Translations under genes and position numbers: made by a program | Shown: positions 1 to 10,843 of the stretch, piece after piece | How the letters are laid out: each line of letters starts with the position of its first letter | Position numbering within the stretch: position 1 is the first letter of the stretch | Source: Eledone cirrhosa | Taxonomy: Eukaryota | DNA length: 64,000 nt | NCBI GenBank assembly: GCA_964016885.1 | Contig: OZ024743.1 | Coordinates: forward strand, 123,442,001 to 123,506,000 | Reading direction: 5' to 3' | Notes under the pieces: generated by a model | What the model was told of the DNA's origin: nothing | Seen by the model: only the letters and a program-made list of their open reading frames with translations | Databases searched by the model: none

Positions 1-5
1 CACAC

Positions 6-98
<93 letters not shown>

Positions 99-325
99 CA
101 CGCACGCATACACACACGCACACACACACACACACTTACGCATATACATCCAACCGCGAGCGCACTTACATGCATGCATACAAACGCATACGCACAGACA
201 TACACACAAATACACTGATACGTACATATATATATATGTGTGTGTGTGTGTGTATGTGTGTGTGTGTATGTGTGTGTGTATATATATATATATATGTGTG
301 TGTGTATATATATATATATATATTT
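1..325. repeat. (CA)n/(TG)n/(TA)n compound microsatellite
   Basis: Directly visible dinucleotide runs. Dozens of similar (TA)n, (CA)n, (GA)n, (TTC)n, (GAT)n and (TATG)n tracts occur window-wide and explain most short ORFs. Confidence 0.97.
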
Positions 326-334
326 ATACAATGA

Positions 335-1263
335 TCTATATATATAAAACTGAGTCCCTAAAATTGAATCCCTAAAACTAGATAACCACCCAATCGACTG
401 TTTTCTAACTTTACAATGTAATACTGGTGTTTCAGGGAGTGTTCTGAGCAAAAAGAATTCTGAGCAAAAAAAAATTTCAAATTTTCAATGCCCTAGGGAC
501 CGCATTAGGCGATTTAGCGATCTCTCTCTATAATTCTAGTCTTTCTCTTTTTAGATAGATACATAGATATAACGTCGCACCCTCATAATATCTCTTTGTA
601 TGTCTGGCTGTCTGCATTAAGTCACTTCCCTGAGGATGTCTGTCTGTGTGTGTGTGTGTCTGTGAGTTTGAATCCTTAAAACTCTAGAAGTACCCAACCG
701 ACTTTTTTCAAACTTTACATGTGTATTACTTATGTTTCAGGGAGTGTTATGCACATAAAAAAATTCAGTTTTTTTTATCTCCTCTAGGGCCCGCATTAGG
801 TGAAAAACTGCGTTTTTTCAGGTTTTTAGGGGTTATTTGAGGCGTTACGTCAGACCGATTTCCTTGAAATTGTAACTATGTATTAGTCAGTCTCTTCTTC
901 ATACCGTGAGCAAAGAAAATCCAACGTGTTTCTGGCCTAGGGCCCGCATTAGGTGAAAAACTTAATTTTTTCAGCTTTTTAGGGCTTTTTGGAGGCGTTA
1001 CGTCTAGCCGTTTTTCCCGAAATTTCAAGGCATATTATGCACATAAAAAAATTATTTTTTTGATCCCTTAGGGCCCGCATTAGGTGAAAACCTGCATTTT
1101 TCCTGCTTCGTCGAGGAAAATCTTAAATATTATCCAGCCATCAGAGTATTCGGTTTATTTTCTTTACATATTGTCCAGGAATGCAGATTTTCCACGATTA
1201 GGTCTGTTGGCGGCCCGCGTTCCAAAATACCTTATCCCGTGCAACGACGGATACCACTGCTAG
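335..1263 (+). mobile_element. Non-autonomous Helitron
   Basis: 5' TCTATATATATAAAA, 3' CTAG preceded by hairpin ccgt-gcaacg-acgg, inserted between A and T with no TSD. Internal repeats ctagggcccgcattaggtgaaaa. Confidence 0.8.
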
Positions 1264-1301
1264 TATTAAATAAATGGAAACTATATTTATAAAACCATAT
1301 T

Positions 1302-1364
1302 TATTATATTATATATATTTCAAGGGTACCAAAAAACTTTGGTACGCTTTCATCAGATAAAATA
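1302..1364 (-). ncRNA. Type I hammerhead ribozyme, family A
   Basis: Reverse strand: tattttat-CTGATGA-aagcgtaccaaa gttt tttggtaccctt-GAAA-tatata-TA-atataata. Confidence 0.75.
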
Positions 1365-1375
1365 CAAAGTGTGTT

Positions 1376-1494
1376 TTATAAATTTTGACATAGCCAAGGA
1401 AACATACCTTATCAGTTGAATTTTCCTTGGATAATCTATCCAAGGAAAATTCAACTGATAAGGTATGTTTCCTTGGCTATGTCAAAATTTATAA
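1376..1494. repeat. Perfect 58-bp fold-back inverted repeat
   Basis: 1376-1433 is the reverse complement of 1437-1494, with a 3-nt loop. Confidence 0.9.
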
Positions 1495-1495
1495 C

Positions 1496-1548
1496 GTCCA
1501 GAATTAGCCGTCGAAACGGCTTCAGCTCAGCCGTCGGGGTCCTACTCG

Positions 1549-1552
<4 letters not shown>
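1496..1552 (+). repeat. 3' half of family I hammerhead repeat
   Basis: gtc-GAAA-cggc ttcagctca gccg-TC-ggggt. Homologous to 24629, 41997, 42205 and 44068. Confidence 0.6.
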
Positions 1553-1580
<28 letters not shown>

Positions 1581-1582
1581 TA

Positions 1583-1663
<81 letters not shown>

Positions 1664-1764
1664 CATATATACTTACGTACAAATGCGTACATACATGCAC
1701 ACGTAATTGCATATATACACGTGTATGTGTGTGTGAGTATACATTTATATACTCGGTGGAATGG

Positions 1765-1925
1765 TGATGGGATTAAGAAGTTTGTAGTGCCACCATGTGG
1801 TTTGGGGTTTAACCCCAATGAGTAGCCCTTTAAGCGGTTAATTTGATTTACTATAGCCTCAAGTTGACCAATGCCTTGTGAATGAAACTTGGTGGTATGG
1901 AAACATTATGGAGGTTCATCCAATG
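1765..1925 (+). mobile_element. Degenerate tRNA-derived SINE
   Basis: actatagcctc..gaccaatgccttgtgaatga body shared with 50190-50330 and, inverted, 50800-50975. Confidence 0.5.
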
Positions 1926-1933
1926 TATATATA

Positions 1934-2135
1934 TTTCTTCTTCTTTTTCTTCTTCTTCTTCTTCTTCTTCTTCTTCTTCTTCTTCTTCTTCTTCTTCTTC
2001 TTCTTCTTCTTCTTCTTCTTCTTCTTCTTCTTCTTCTTCTTCTTCTTCTCGCCCACTTATTCCTAGGAGGTTTGCGTGGTAGACTCCTCAAATACGCCTT
2101 CCAGCGGGTCTTGCCAGGAGCCACCATTTCCAATT
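1934..2135 (-). mobile_element. Possible LINE (RTE-like) 3' end with (GAA)n tail
   Basis: Short KTRWKAYL coding remnant followed by a long (GAA)n on the minus strand. Confidence 0.35.
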
Positions 2136-2483
2136 AAGCCGGCTATGTATTCAGATATATATATGTGTATGTGTGTGTGTGTGTGTGTATATGTGTGTGT
2201 GTGCTGGTGTACGTGTATGTATGAATGTGTGAGAATATATACATGTCTATATTTATGTGTCTGTCTAGATCTTCCGTTACACTGTGGTTCGATAAATAAA
2301 TAATAATTATAATAACTACCTAATTTAAAAATTAAATACTCACCTCGATATAATCGAGTAAAATACGTTAAGGCTGTGCCCTAGTATGGCCTTAGTCCAA
2401 TATCTGAAAGAATAAATGATGAAAAGATATATATATATAATGTGTGCGTGTGTATTATTTATATATATATATATATAATATAC

Positions 2484-2533
<50 letters not shown>

Positions 2534-2559
2534 GAGAGTGAGGGAGAGTGAGGGGGTGA

Positions 2560-2604
<45 letters not shown>

Positions 2605-3460
2605 ATAGTTAGAAACGTTTGATTTACAAACTGGAGAAAAGTAATTGAACACGTTATAGAAGAGTATTCTTTTAATTTTTTTACTTGTTTCACACACAAT
2701 ACTGCGACCATACTGATGCACCAGCTTGGAGTACTTTAGTTGATCACATTGGCTCCAGTATATATTTTTTTCCAGTCTACTACGCATTTTATCGATCTGT
2801 TTCCGTCAAACCACTAGCTCAGGGGACATGAAGTAAGAATGAACGTAAACACGGACACACATAAACACAGACGCATGCGCATTCACACACACATTCATAC
2901 ACACACACACACACACTCACACACACACACGCACACACGCTCATATATTCTTTTATCTTTTGGCGAAAGTACCACGCACCATTCTATCTATCTCTTTCTT
3001 TTCAGTAAATGCACTTGGGTTTGTCATATTTTTCCTTCTTTATTAATGTGATTCACCGAAAGGCACAACTCGTCATGAGTTTACTCTTGGTTGCGTCCCA
3101 ATATACCTTGGAATGAATAGTAATGACCTCGATATACTGAAACTATAGTGATTTCTAGAGGTTGAGTGAAGAGAAGGCATTTTCCGTAAAACCATTTTTT
3201 TTCTTTGTCCTGTGCGCCCCACTGTTTTCTATATATACATACATATATATAGTTACCTCCCTTCTCACTTACATTACCTACGATAATTATAGATTACCTA
3301 CCCTTAGAACTCTCGTATACTTTCTAAAATCTCCAGGGTGGGAAGCCATTATATGTATATATCACTGTTGTAACCAATCATTGTTAACTTTTCCAGACTG
3401 CTCCAGACCCTTGGATATTTATACGGAATTTGACTACAGTATACATATATATATATATAT

Positions 3461-3501
<41 letters not shown>

Positions 3502-3577
3502 ATATCAGTAGTGGTATAGCACTCAATCCATGGGACGAGTTTGGTAGCAGTAGTAACACAACAGTTAGTTCACCAAC

Positions 3578-3615
3578 CGAGAACAATTGTTTCACCCTAG
3601 CGGATCTTCAGCTCG
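3578..3615 (-). ncRNA. Minimal type I hammerhead, family B
   Basis: Reverse strand: cgag-CTGAAGA-tcc gctag ggt-GAAA-caattg-TT-ctcg. Palindromic stem III, GUU site. Confidence 0.7.
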
Positions 3616-3638
3616 TACTCGGACTGTTTTAGTAGTGT

Positions 3639-3678
3639 CCGAGCTGAAGATCCGCTAAGGTGAAACAGTTCTTCCCGG
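3639..3678 (+). ncRNA. Degenerate family B hammerhead (right arm of inverted repeat 3549-3705)
   Basis: ccgag-CTGAAGA-tccgctaaggt-GAAA-cagttc-TT-cccgg. Stem III is mutated. Confidence 0.5.
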
Positions 3679-3730
3679 TATGATGAACTAACTGTTGTGT
3701 TACTCTTTCTATATATATATATATATGCGT

Positions 3731-3825
<95 letters not shown>

Positions 3826-3832
3826 TGTGTGG

Positions 3833-3863
<31 letters not shown>

Positions 3864-3881
3864 TGTATGTATGTATGTATG

Positions 3882-4400
3882 TCGAGTCACTCTTGAGTGC
3901 TACTGGTAACATGTAAACCAGTACAACCTGTCGCATGGTCGAGTCGTCGGCGACTAAACTGGCAACCCCACCAAGTTTACTTGGTGAGGAGGGTGATTTT
4001 GGACACCCTGCAGGGCAAAAAACAAAACCTGACTAAGGGCGGAAGAAATTATAAGGGTCAACGGCCATCCAAAAGTGTGTAAATATGTATATACACATGT
4101 ACATATGTATATGTATGTGTGTATATACATGGGTGCATGTGTATGTATATGCGCGGGGACATAGAAATAGTCGGGCTGCACACCCGATCGCGCGGTAAAA
4201 CCACTGGGAGTGAGGACCCCTAGCATTTGTCAGGGCATTCTTCTAGGAGAAGGCAACTCAGGAAACTGGGATAACTCCGATGTAAAACCTGCAGCTCAGT
4301 GGTTACCGATGATGTTGATCTTTTCTTCTTTTCGGGTTATAGCTAGTGTCGCTCAGAGAGTGGGATTGGCTCAGTGCACAGTCTTTCCTCTCTATAAAAA
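3882..4400 (+). mobile_element. Dispersed repeat, RTE-like 5'UTR, next to (TATG)n
   Basis: Homologous to 61270-61670 (gtgctactggtaacatg...cgactaaactggcaacccc...ctaggagaagg). Confidence 0.5.
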
Positions 4401-6049
4401 ATACCTTCACGCACAGGCATTGCATGATAGAATTAATTCATAATTATTAATAATGGTATATTGTGCAATAGCCATACTTGATAACGAGGGGGCATCCATC
4501 ATCATGCATGTATGTATGTATAGAAAATAGCACGTTTGTATAGACTGTTTTAGTATTACTAGGACTTTTTCAATATGCTGACGCGTATGTGTATATGTGT
4601 GTCCGTGTATGCATATGCATACATTTATATGTATGAGTATATAAATATAAACATGCAAACACAGTCACACTTGTAAAAGTACACACTCGGGCATGCATTC
4701 ACACTCACACACAGCATAACAAATGAAACGCTATTTTGCTTAACTTTTTTCACCACACCCTGTCTTCCTTTTACACACACATACATTCATGCAGTCAGCA
4801 AACATAAAGAGTGTGGAGTAGTGTGAGGTAGTGAACCTGCTCCTCTCTTTTTACGTGTTGTGACAGAATCGCAGACATTTATATATAGATTGTTATAAAG
4901 GCGTATGATTTGAACGAGTTGTGTGAGTGTTGACCATCCACAAATATGATAAATCTATCAGAAATATTTCGATTATTGTATAATTTAATCATAGATCATA
5001 ATTCTGTCCCCCTTTTCGGAAATATCGTAACAGCTGTTATCAGATAGTTATGTGCACAGCACACCTAGTTGCATCATAAGTACTGTGGATATATGAGAAG
5101 ATGACAAAAATAAGTGCTGAAGGCTAACAACATTTTAACAATGCACACCCTGTTTTATTTGCTTTTACCCCACTCTCCAAGAAATACATTTTTTCTGGCA
5201 CTCAGGATTTCAGCTAGCTAACTAGTCTCTCATAATTTACAGGCTACTATTCTCTAATTAATTCACTCCAGCTTCCTTTGATTCTTTCAATTCGTATTAA
5301 GCCCATTTATTATATATGATATATTCTTCGTTAGTAATTTTCACACTCCACTCTCATAAAACCTACATTTATATTTATTAAAAAACTGTTCTTACAGTAT
5401 CCATCATATAATTTGATTGTAATTTCTTTCAAAATCTAATAATTAACACTTAGAAACATAAAGTAAACTTAAGTCAAAATAGATTAAATTTTATATTTAA
5501 TTTTTTTTAATACTTAAACATGACTAGTTCATTCAGCATTGTAGCATATCTTACACTTTGCCAATAAAACATAATCCCTGGCGTTTTCGTTGATACTTCA
5601 GGAATTCAACATCTTTTAGCTTTATACTTCACAACATAGTTTCAAGAGAGAGTAGTAATCTACGAAAGGGCATATGACTATTCTCTAACTAGAAACTAGA
5701 ACTTATAAGGGTTTTAGAGGTTGGTATTTCGATTGAGAGAATTTGTGAAATGTATGTTGTTAAAAAGTAAATAGTTTCGGACATACATTTGGTTAAGTAC
5801 AAAACTTATTGATTTCCCTTGTAATATAATGATGATGTAAATTCGCTATCATAATCTGTTAGTGTAAGGTTGCGCATACGAGTCTCAAATGGTTCACATT
5901 TTACGGAGGCAGTAACGAAGTGGCTTATCCATTAACAACATCATTGAAAGCAAAATTCAATGTCTAAAAATCAGTCTGGGAGTTGAGATAGTTGCAGGTG
6001 ATTATAATCCTTGCAAAATCCTAATTTTTTTTCACTGGAGCAGAGTGGG

Positions 6050-7600
6050 CTTGGCTTAGTTCAATTTAAGTGTGGCATGGGTGGCTCTAGCCCTTTCCAT
6101 GTCATATCATGCGGTACTCTCTTTTCTTTTAGTTGCCAGACCCTTTTTGCCAGTGCTTTGTTAGTTTTCATATCAAGATGCCTGAATGAGGAAATGTGCG
6201 AGTAGAACCTTTGTTTAAATCGGTCCTACCTCATACTTACATATTTCTCACGGGTTTCTGACTGGTTGGTGTTTGCATATTTAATCTCTGCTTCGTTGAC
6301 GATAGACTTTACATTACAATTTTGTTGTAATGGACAGTCATTTTTTATCCCGCAAGAGAATCTTGGATTTACATCTGCGGTCATTTTGGATCTCATAGAT
6401 GGTGGGTGATTGAAGATCTTACTGTACCTATGTTGTGGTGGAAAGTGTCTATCAATTAGGTCTAAGAATATCTTACCTACTTGCGTTAAGTGAGTATGGA
6501 GGGGCGAAACAGATGATTTTTCGTTTTCTATTATTATTCTTAGGTTGAGGTATATTGGGCATGTACTTGATCGCTTCTTTGAATTCACCATTTTGGAGGG
6601 CCTGTCCTCAGTATTTCTCTATTAGATAAGTTCGAAATTCTACGGGTAATACTAGGCAATAGGTTATGAAAAACAGAAGGTAGGTGGCAGGATCTTTTGT
6701 TGAAATATTTTAGTCTTTCATTCGGTTTATGGTTTATGGCTTGCGTATGTCTATTGATACGTCTAAGCTAACGTTAAGAAAGCCTGTGCTAATGAGGTTC
6801 GTGTCTACTGTGATTCTAAGTCCGTGGGTGCTAGAGGTATATATTAAATCCTTACGGCTACTGTCTATAGTGGGCCTGCTGCAGTCGTGCGCCAAATAAA
6901 GGCCGGCGTCGTGATATAGTCCAATAGTGTGGTTGAGGAATTGACGTTTAAATGTATGGAGTATGTATAATCCAACAAGATTACATTCATCAACATTGTC
7001 GTAGGACCACATCGAGACGTCGAAAGAATCTTTTGAATTGGATTTCTTTTACCCAAGCGGTCCCTTTGTCAAACAGAAGGGTTCTTTGGGTGGGGTAAAT
7101 CATATCTAGCTCTCGATCAGTGATAGACCCGAAAGTACGGGCTAAGTCCATGGCCTTGTCTAGTAGTGGTTTAGTAATAGAGCGGTAAAAATCGATTACA
7201 TCGAACTGGGTGAATTTAGCTCTGTTCTTAGATGGGATATCTTTGAACCAGGCTATAACCGACGTTGTATTATCCAGAGTAACATGCTCCTGTTGTTGAT
7301 AATTCGTGTGTTAATTTCTCCAAACTCTACTAACTAGCTAGCCCTAATTCTGTTCTAGGTGGGTTTATGAGTCTGCAGGATGTCCTGTTTTCTAAAATCC
7401 GATTTGTGATTCTTCGGGGGTAATAAACACATCATGCTTAGCTAATCTCTCTAGGTTATTGTCAATTTAAAAGTTTCTAGCTAGTTTTTTAACTCCGTCG
7501 TTAATTGTATTGTATATATCAGGTTTAGCTCTCTGGTATTAATTTGTTATATAGCTCAGTAGGAGTTGTTCATATCTATCTTTATTCACCTCATATAGGT
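6050..7600 (-). pseudogene. Penelope-like element (Naiad-like) RT + GIY-YIG, frameshifted
   Basis: QFDVIDFYRSI, LVGLYIL and GLYHDAGL (GLYRDDGL-like) RT motifs, FPPQHRYSKIFN linker, CPLQQNC then GIY-YIG region. Confidence 0.8.
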
Positions 7601-7614
7601 TTTAGAAGAGGTTT

Positions 7615-7800
7615 GAAAAAATAGTATGGCGTTAAGTCAGGACTTCTTACTGGCTATACATGTGAACATCGAGGACCCATCCAAGGTCCTGGAAATTGGA
7701 CATCAAGTCACTCACGGACAGTGCCTGTAAAACGAGGAGGGACACCATCTTGCATGAATATGAGGTTATTGATGTTGTCCCAAGTGGTGACAGTAGGCCA
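7615..7800 (-). mobile_element. IS630/Tc1/mariner transposase fragment
   Basis: IFMQDGVPP...FPGPWMG...RSPDLTP remnant. Confidence 0.65.
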
Positions 7801-7839
7801 AAAGTTATAAGTGATTATCAATTGTGTGTGTGTGTGCGC

Positions 7840-7924
<85 letters not shown>

Positions 7925-8185
7925 TAAAGAAGACCGTTATTGCTCCAATAAGTACACAAACACTCAGCAAACACTCTAAACCGAACGCCTGTCTGTACTC
8001 ATGAGTCCTGCCGAACCTCACTTAGCCTCCAAATTGAGCAAATCGGACGCAGACCACACATCTTCAGCTGAAATGCATACTGAAACTGTCATATTATGTA
8101 ATTTCTACATAATAAAAGCATATATATTTGAGAGCTCTAACCTGCATACTGAAGTGTCGTAAGCAACCAGCACATACTTACTCAA

Positions 8186-8242
<57 letters not shown>

Positions 8243-8476
8243 TTAGAAACACACAGATACATGCGGACACACACATATATACATGAATGCATCCGCACCC
8301 AACTGTGAGTTAAGGGTGCCAACTTCACCGATGTTGCTCAATGAATGACTGGGACAGACCAATTCAGTTTGAACCAGACTGAACCAGTATCAGAGTTAAA
8401 AATACATTATGAAGAGAGAAGAAACATTTAGATATAATTAGTAATAAAATGTATCATACCTAAACTGCTCCTAAAT

Positions 8477-8564
8477 TCCTCGACTACGTAGTTTCGTGGC
8501 ATAAACAAAAACAATATATCAAAGATATAGAGTCCTTGCGAGGTCTGCCAACTTATCAAGAGGA
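8477..8564 (-). ncRNA. Hammerhead family C (U3-A8 core); further minus copies at 9068-9155 and 9659-9746
   Basis: Reverse complement of 10756-10843. Confidence 0.75.
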
Positions 8565-10755
8565 TACCTCATTTTACTAGTCTCAAGAACGCGTCTGCAC
8601 GACGTGAGAAAGAATCCCAAAAGGCGGAGGGGGAGATAGTCACGCGATATAACGGTCGAGAAACAGAGCTAAGCCTCTTATAACCACGAAGAAAATACCA
8701 CGGAGGCGGAGGGGGTATTCATATCGAGGCCGTAGAAGAGGTAGTGAAGAAGGCGAGAAGTATGAGTAATGGAAGCTTTCCAGTTGTCCCCACACTTCAA
8801 AGATTGCTCGACCAGAGGGAGTTATTAATATATTTAGAAACACACAGATACATTCGGACACACACATATATACATGAATGCATCCGCACCCAACTGTGAG
8901 TTAAGGGTGCCAACTTCACCGATGTTGCTCAATGAATGACTGGGACAGACCAATTCAGTTTGAACCAGACTGAACCAGTATCAGAGTTAAAAATACATTA
9001 TGAAGAGAGAAGAAACATTTAGATATAATTAGTAATAAAATGTATCATACCTAAACTGCTCCTAAATTCCTCGACTACGTAGTTTCGTGGCATAAACAAA
9101 AACAATATATCAAAGATATAGAGTCCTTGCGAGGTCTGCCAACTTATCAAGAGGATACCTCATTTTACTAGTCTCAAGAACGCGTCTGCACGACGTGAGA
9201 AAGAATCCCAAAAGGCGGAGGGGGAGATAGTCACGCGATATAACGGTCGAGAAACAGAGCTAAGCCTCTTATAACCACGAAGAAAATACCACGGAGGCGG
9301 AGGGGGTATTCATATCGAGGCCGTAGAAGAGGTAGTGAAGAAGGCGAGAAGTATGAGTAATGGAAGCTTTCCAGTTGTCCCCACACTTCAAAGATTTCTC
9401 GACCAGAGGGAGTTATTAATATATTTAGAAACACACAGATACATGCGGACACACACATATATACATGAATGCATCCGCACCCAACTGTGAGTTAAGGGTG
9501 CCAACTTCACCGATGTTGCTCAATGAATGACTGGGACAGACCAATTCAGTTTGAACCAGACTGAACCAGTATCAGAGTTAAAAATTCATTATGAAGAGAG
9601 AAGAAACATTTAGATATAATTAGTAATAAAATGTATCATACCTAAACTGCTCCTAAATTCCTCGACTACGTAGTTTCGTGGCATAAACAAAAACAATATA
9701 TCAAAGATATAGAGTCCTTGCGAGGTCTGCCAACTTATCAAGAGGATACCTCATTTTACTAGTCTCAAGAACGCGTCTGCACGACGTGAGAAAGAATCCC
9801 AAAAGGCGGAGGGGGAGATAGTCACGCGATATAACGGTCGAGAAACAGAGCTAAGCCTCTTATAACCACGAAGAAAATACCACGGAGGCGGAGGGGGTAT
9901 TCATATCGAGGCCGTAGAAGAGGTAGTGAAGAAGGCGAGAAGTATGAGTAATGGAAGCTTTCCAGTTGTCCCCACACTTCAAAGATTGCTCGACCAGAGG
10001 GAGTTATTAATATATTTAGAAACACACAGATACATGCGGACACACACATATATACATGAATGCATCCGCACCCAACTGTGAGTTAAGGGTGCCAACTTCA
10101 CCGATGTTGCTCAATGAATGACTGGGACAGACCAATTCAGTTTGAACCAGACTGAACCAGTATCAGAGTTAAAAATACATTATGAAGAGAGAAGAAACAT
10201 TTAGATATAATTAGTAATAAAATGTATCATACCTAAACTACGTAGTCGAGGAATTTAGGAGCAGTTTAGGTATGATACATTTTATTACTAATTATATCTA
10301 AATGTTTCTTCTCTCTTCATAATGTATTTTTAACTCTGATACTGGTTCAGTCTGGTTCAAACTGAATTGGTCTGTCCCAGTCATTCATTGAGCAACATCG
10401 GTGAAGTTGGCACCCTTAACTCACAGTTGGGTGCGGATGCATTCATGTATATATGTGTGTGTCCGCATGTATCTGTGTGTTTCTAAATATATTAATAACT
10501 CCCTCTGGTCGAGCAATCTTTGAAGTGTGGGGACAACTGGAAAGCTTCCATTACTCATACTTCTCGCCTTCTTCACTACCTCTTCTACGGCCTCGATATG
10601 AATACCCCCTCCGCCTCCGTGGTATTTTCTTCGTGGTTATAAGAGGCTTAGCTCTGTTTCTCGACCGTTATATCGCGTGACTATCTCCCCCTCCGCCTTT
10701 TGGGATTCTTTCTCACGTCGTGCAGACGCGTTCTTGAGACTAGTAAAATGAGGTA

Positions 10756-10843
10756 TCCTCTTGATAAGTTGGCAGACCTCGCAAGGACTCTATATCTTTG
10801 ATATATTGTTTTTGTTTATGCCACGAAACTACGTAGTCGAGGA
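10756..10843 (+). ncRNA. Hammerhead family C (U3-A8 core); further plus copies at 11347, 11938, 12529 and 13120
   Basis: tcctc-TTGATAA-gt(t)ggca...tgccac-GAAA-ctacgtag-TC-gagga. Predicted cleavage after C10838. Confidence 0.78.

Noticed and set aside
3882-4010. HDV-like or twister ribozyme in the RTE-like 5' repeat (also 61270-61400)
   Set aside because: Conserved hairpins exist, but I could not build P1/P3/P1.1 or twister pseudoknots consistently in both copies.
8063-8085. ttcag-CTGA/AA-tgca-TA-ctgaa, resembling a hammerhead lacking stem II
   Set aside because: Incomplete core and single copy, so it may be chance.
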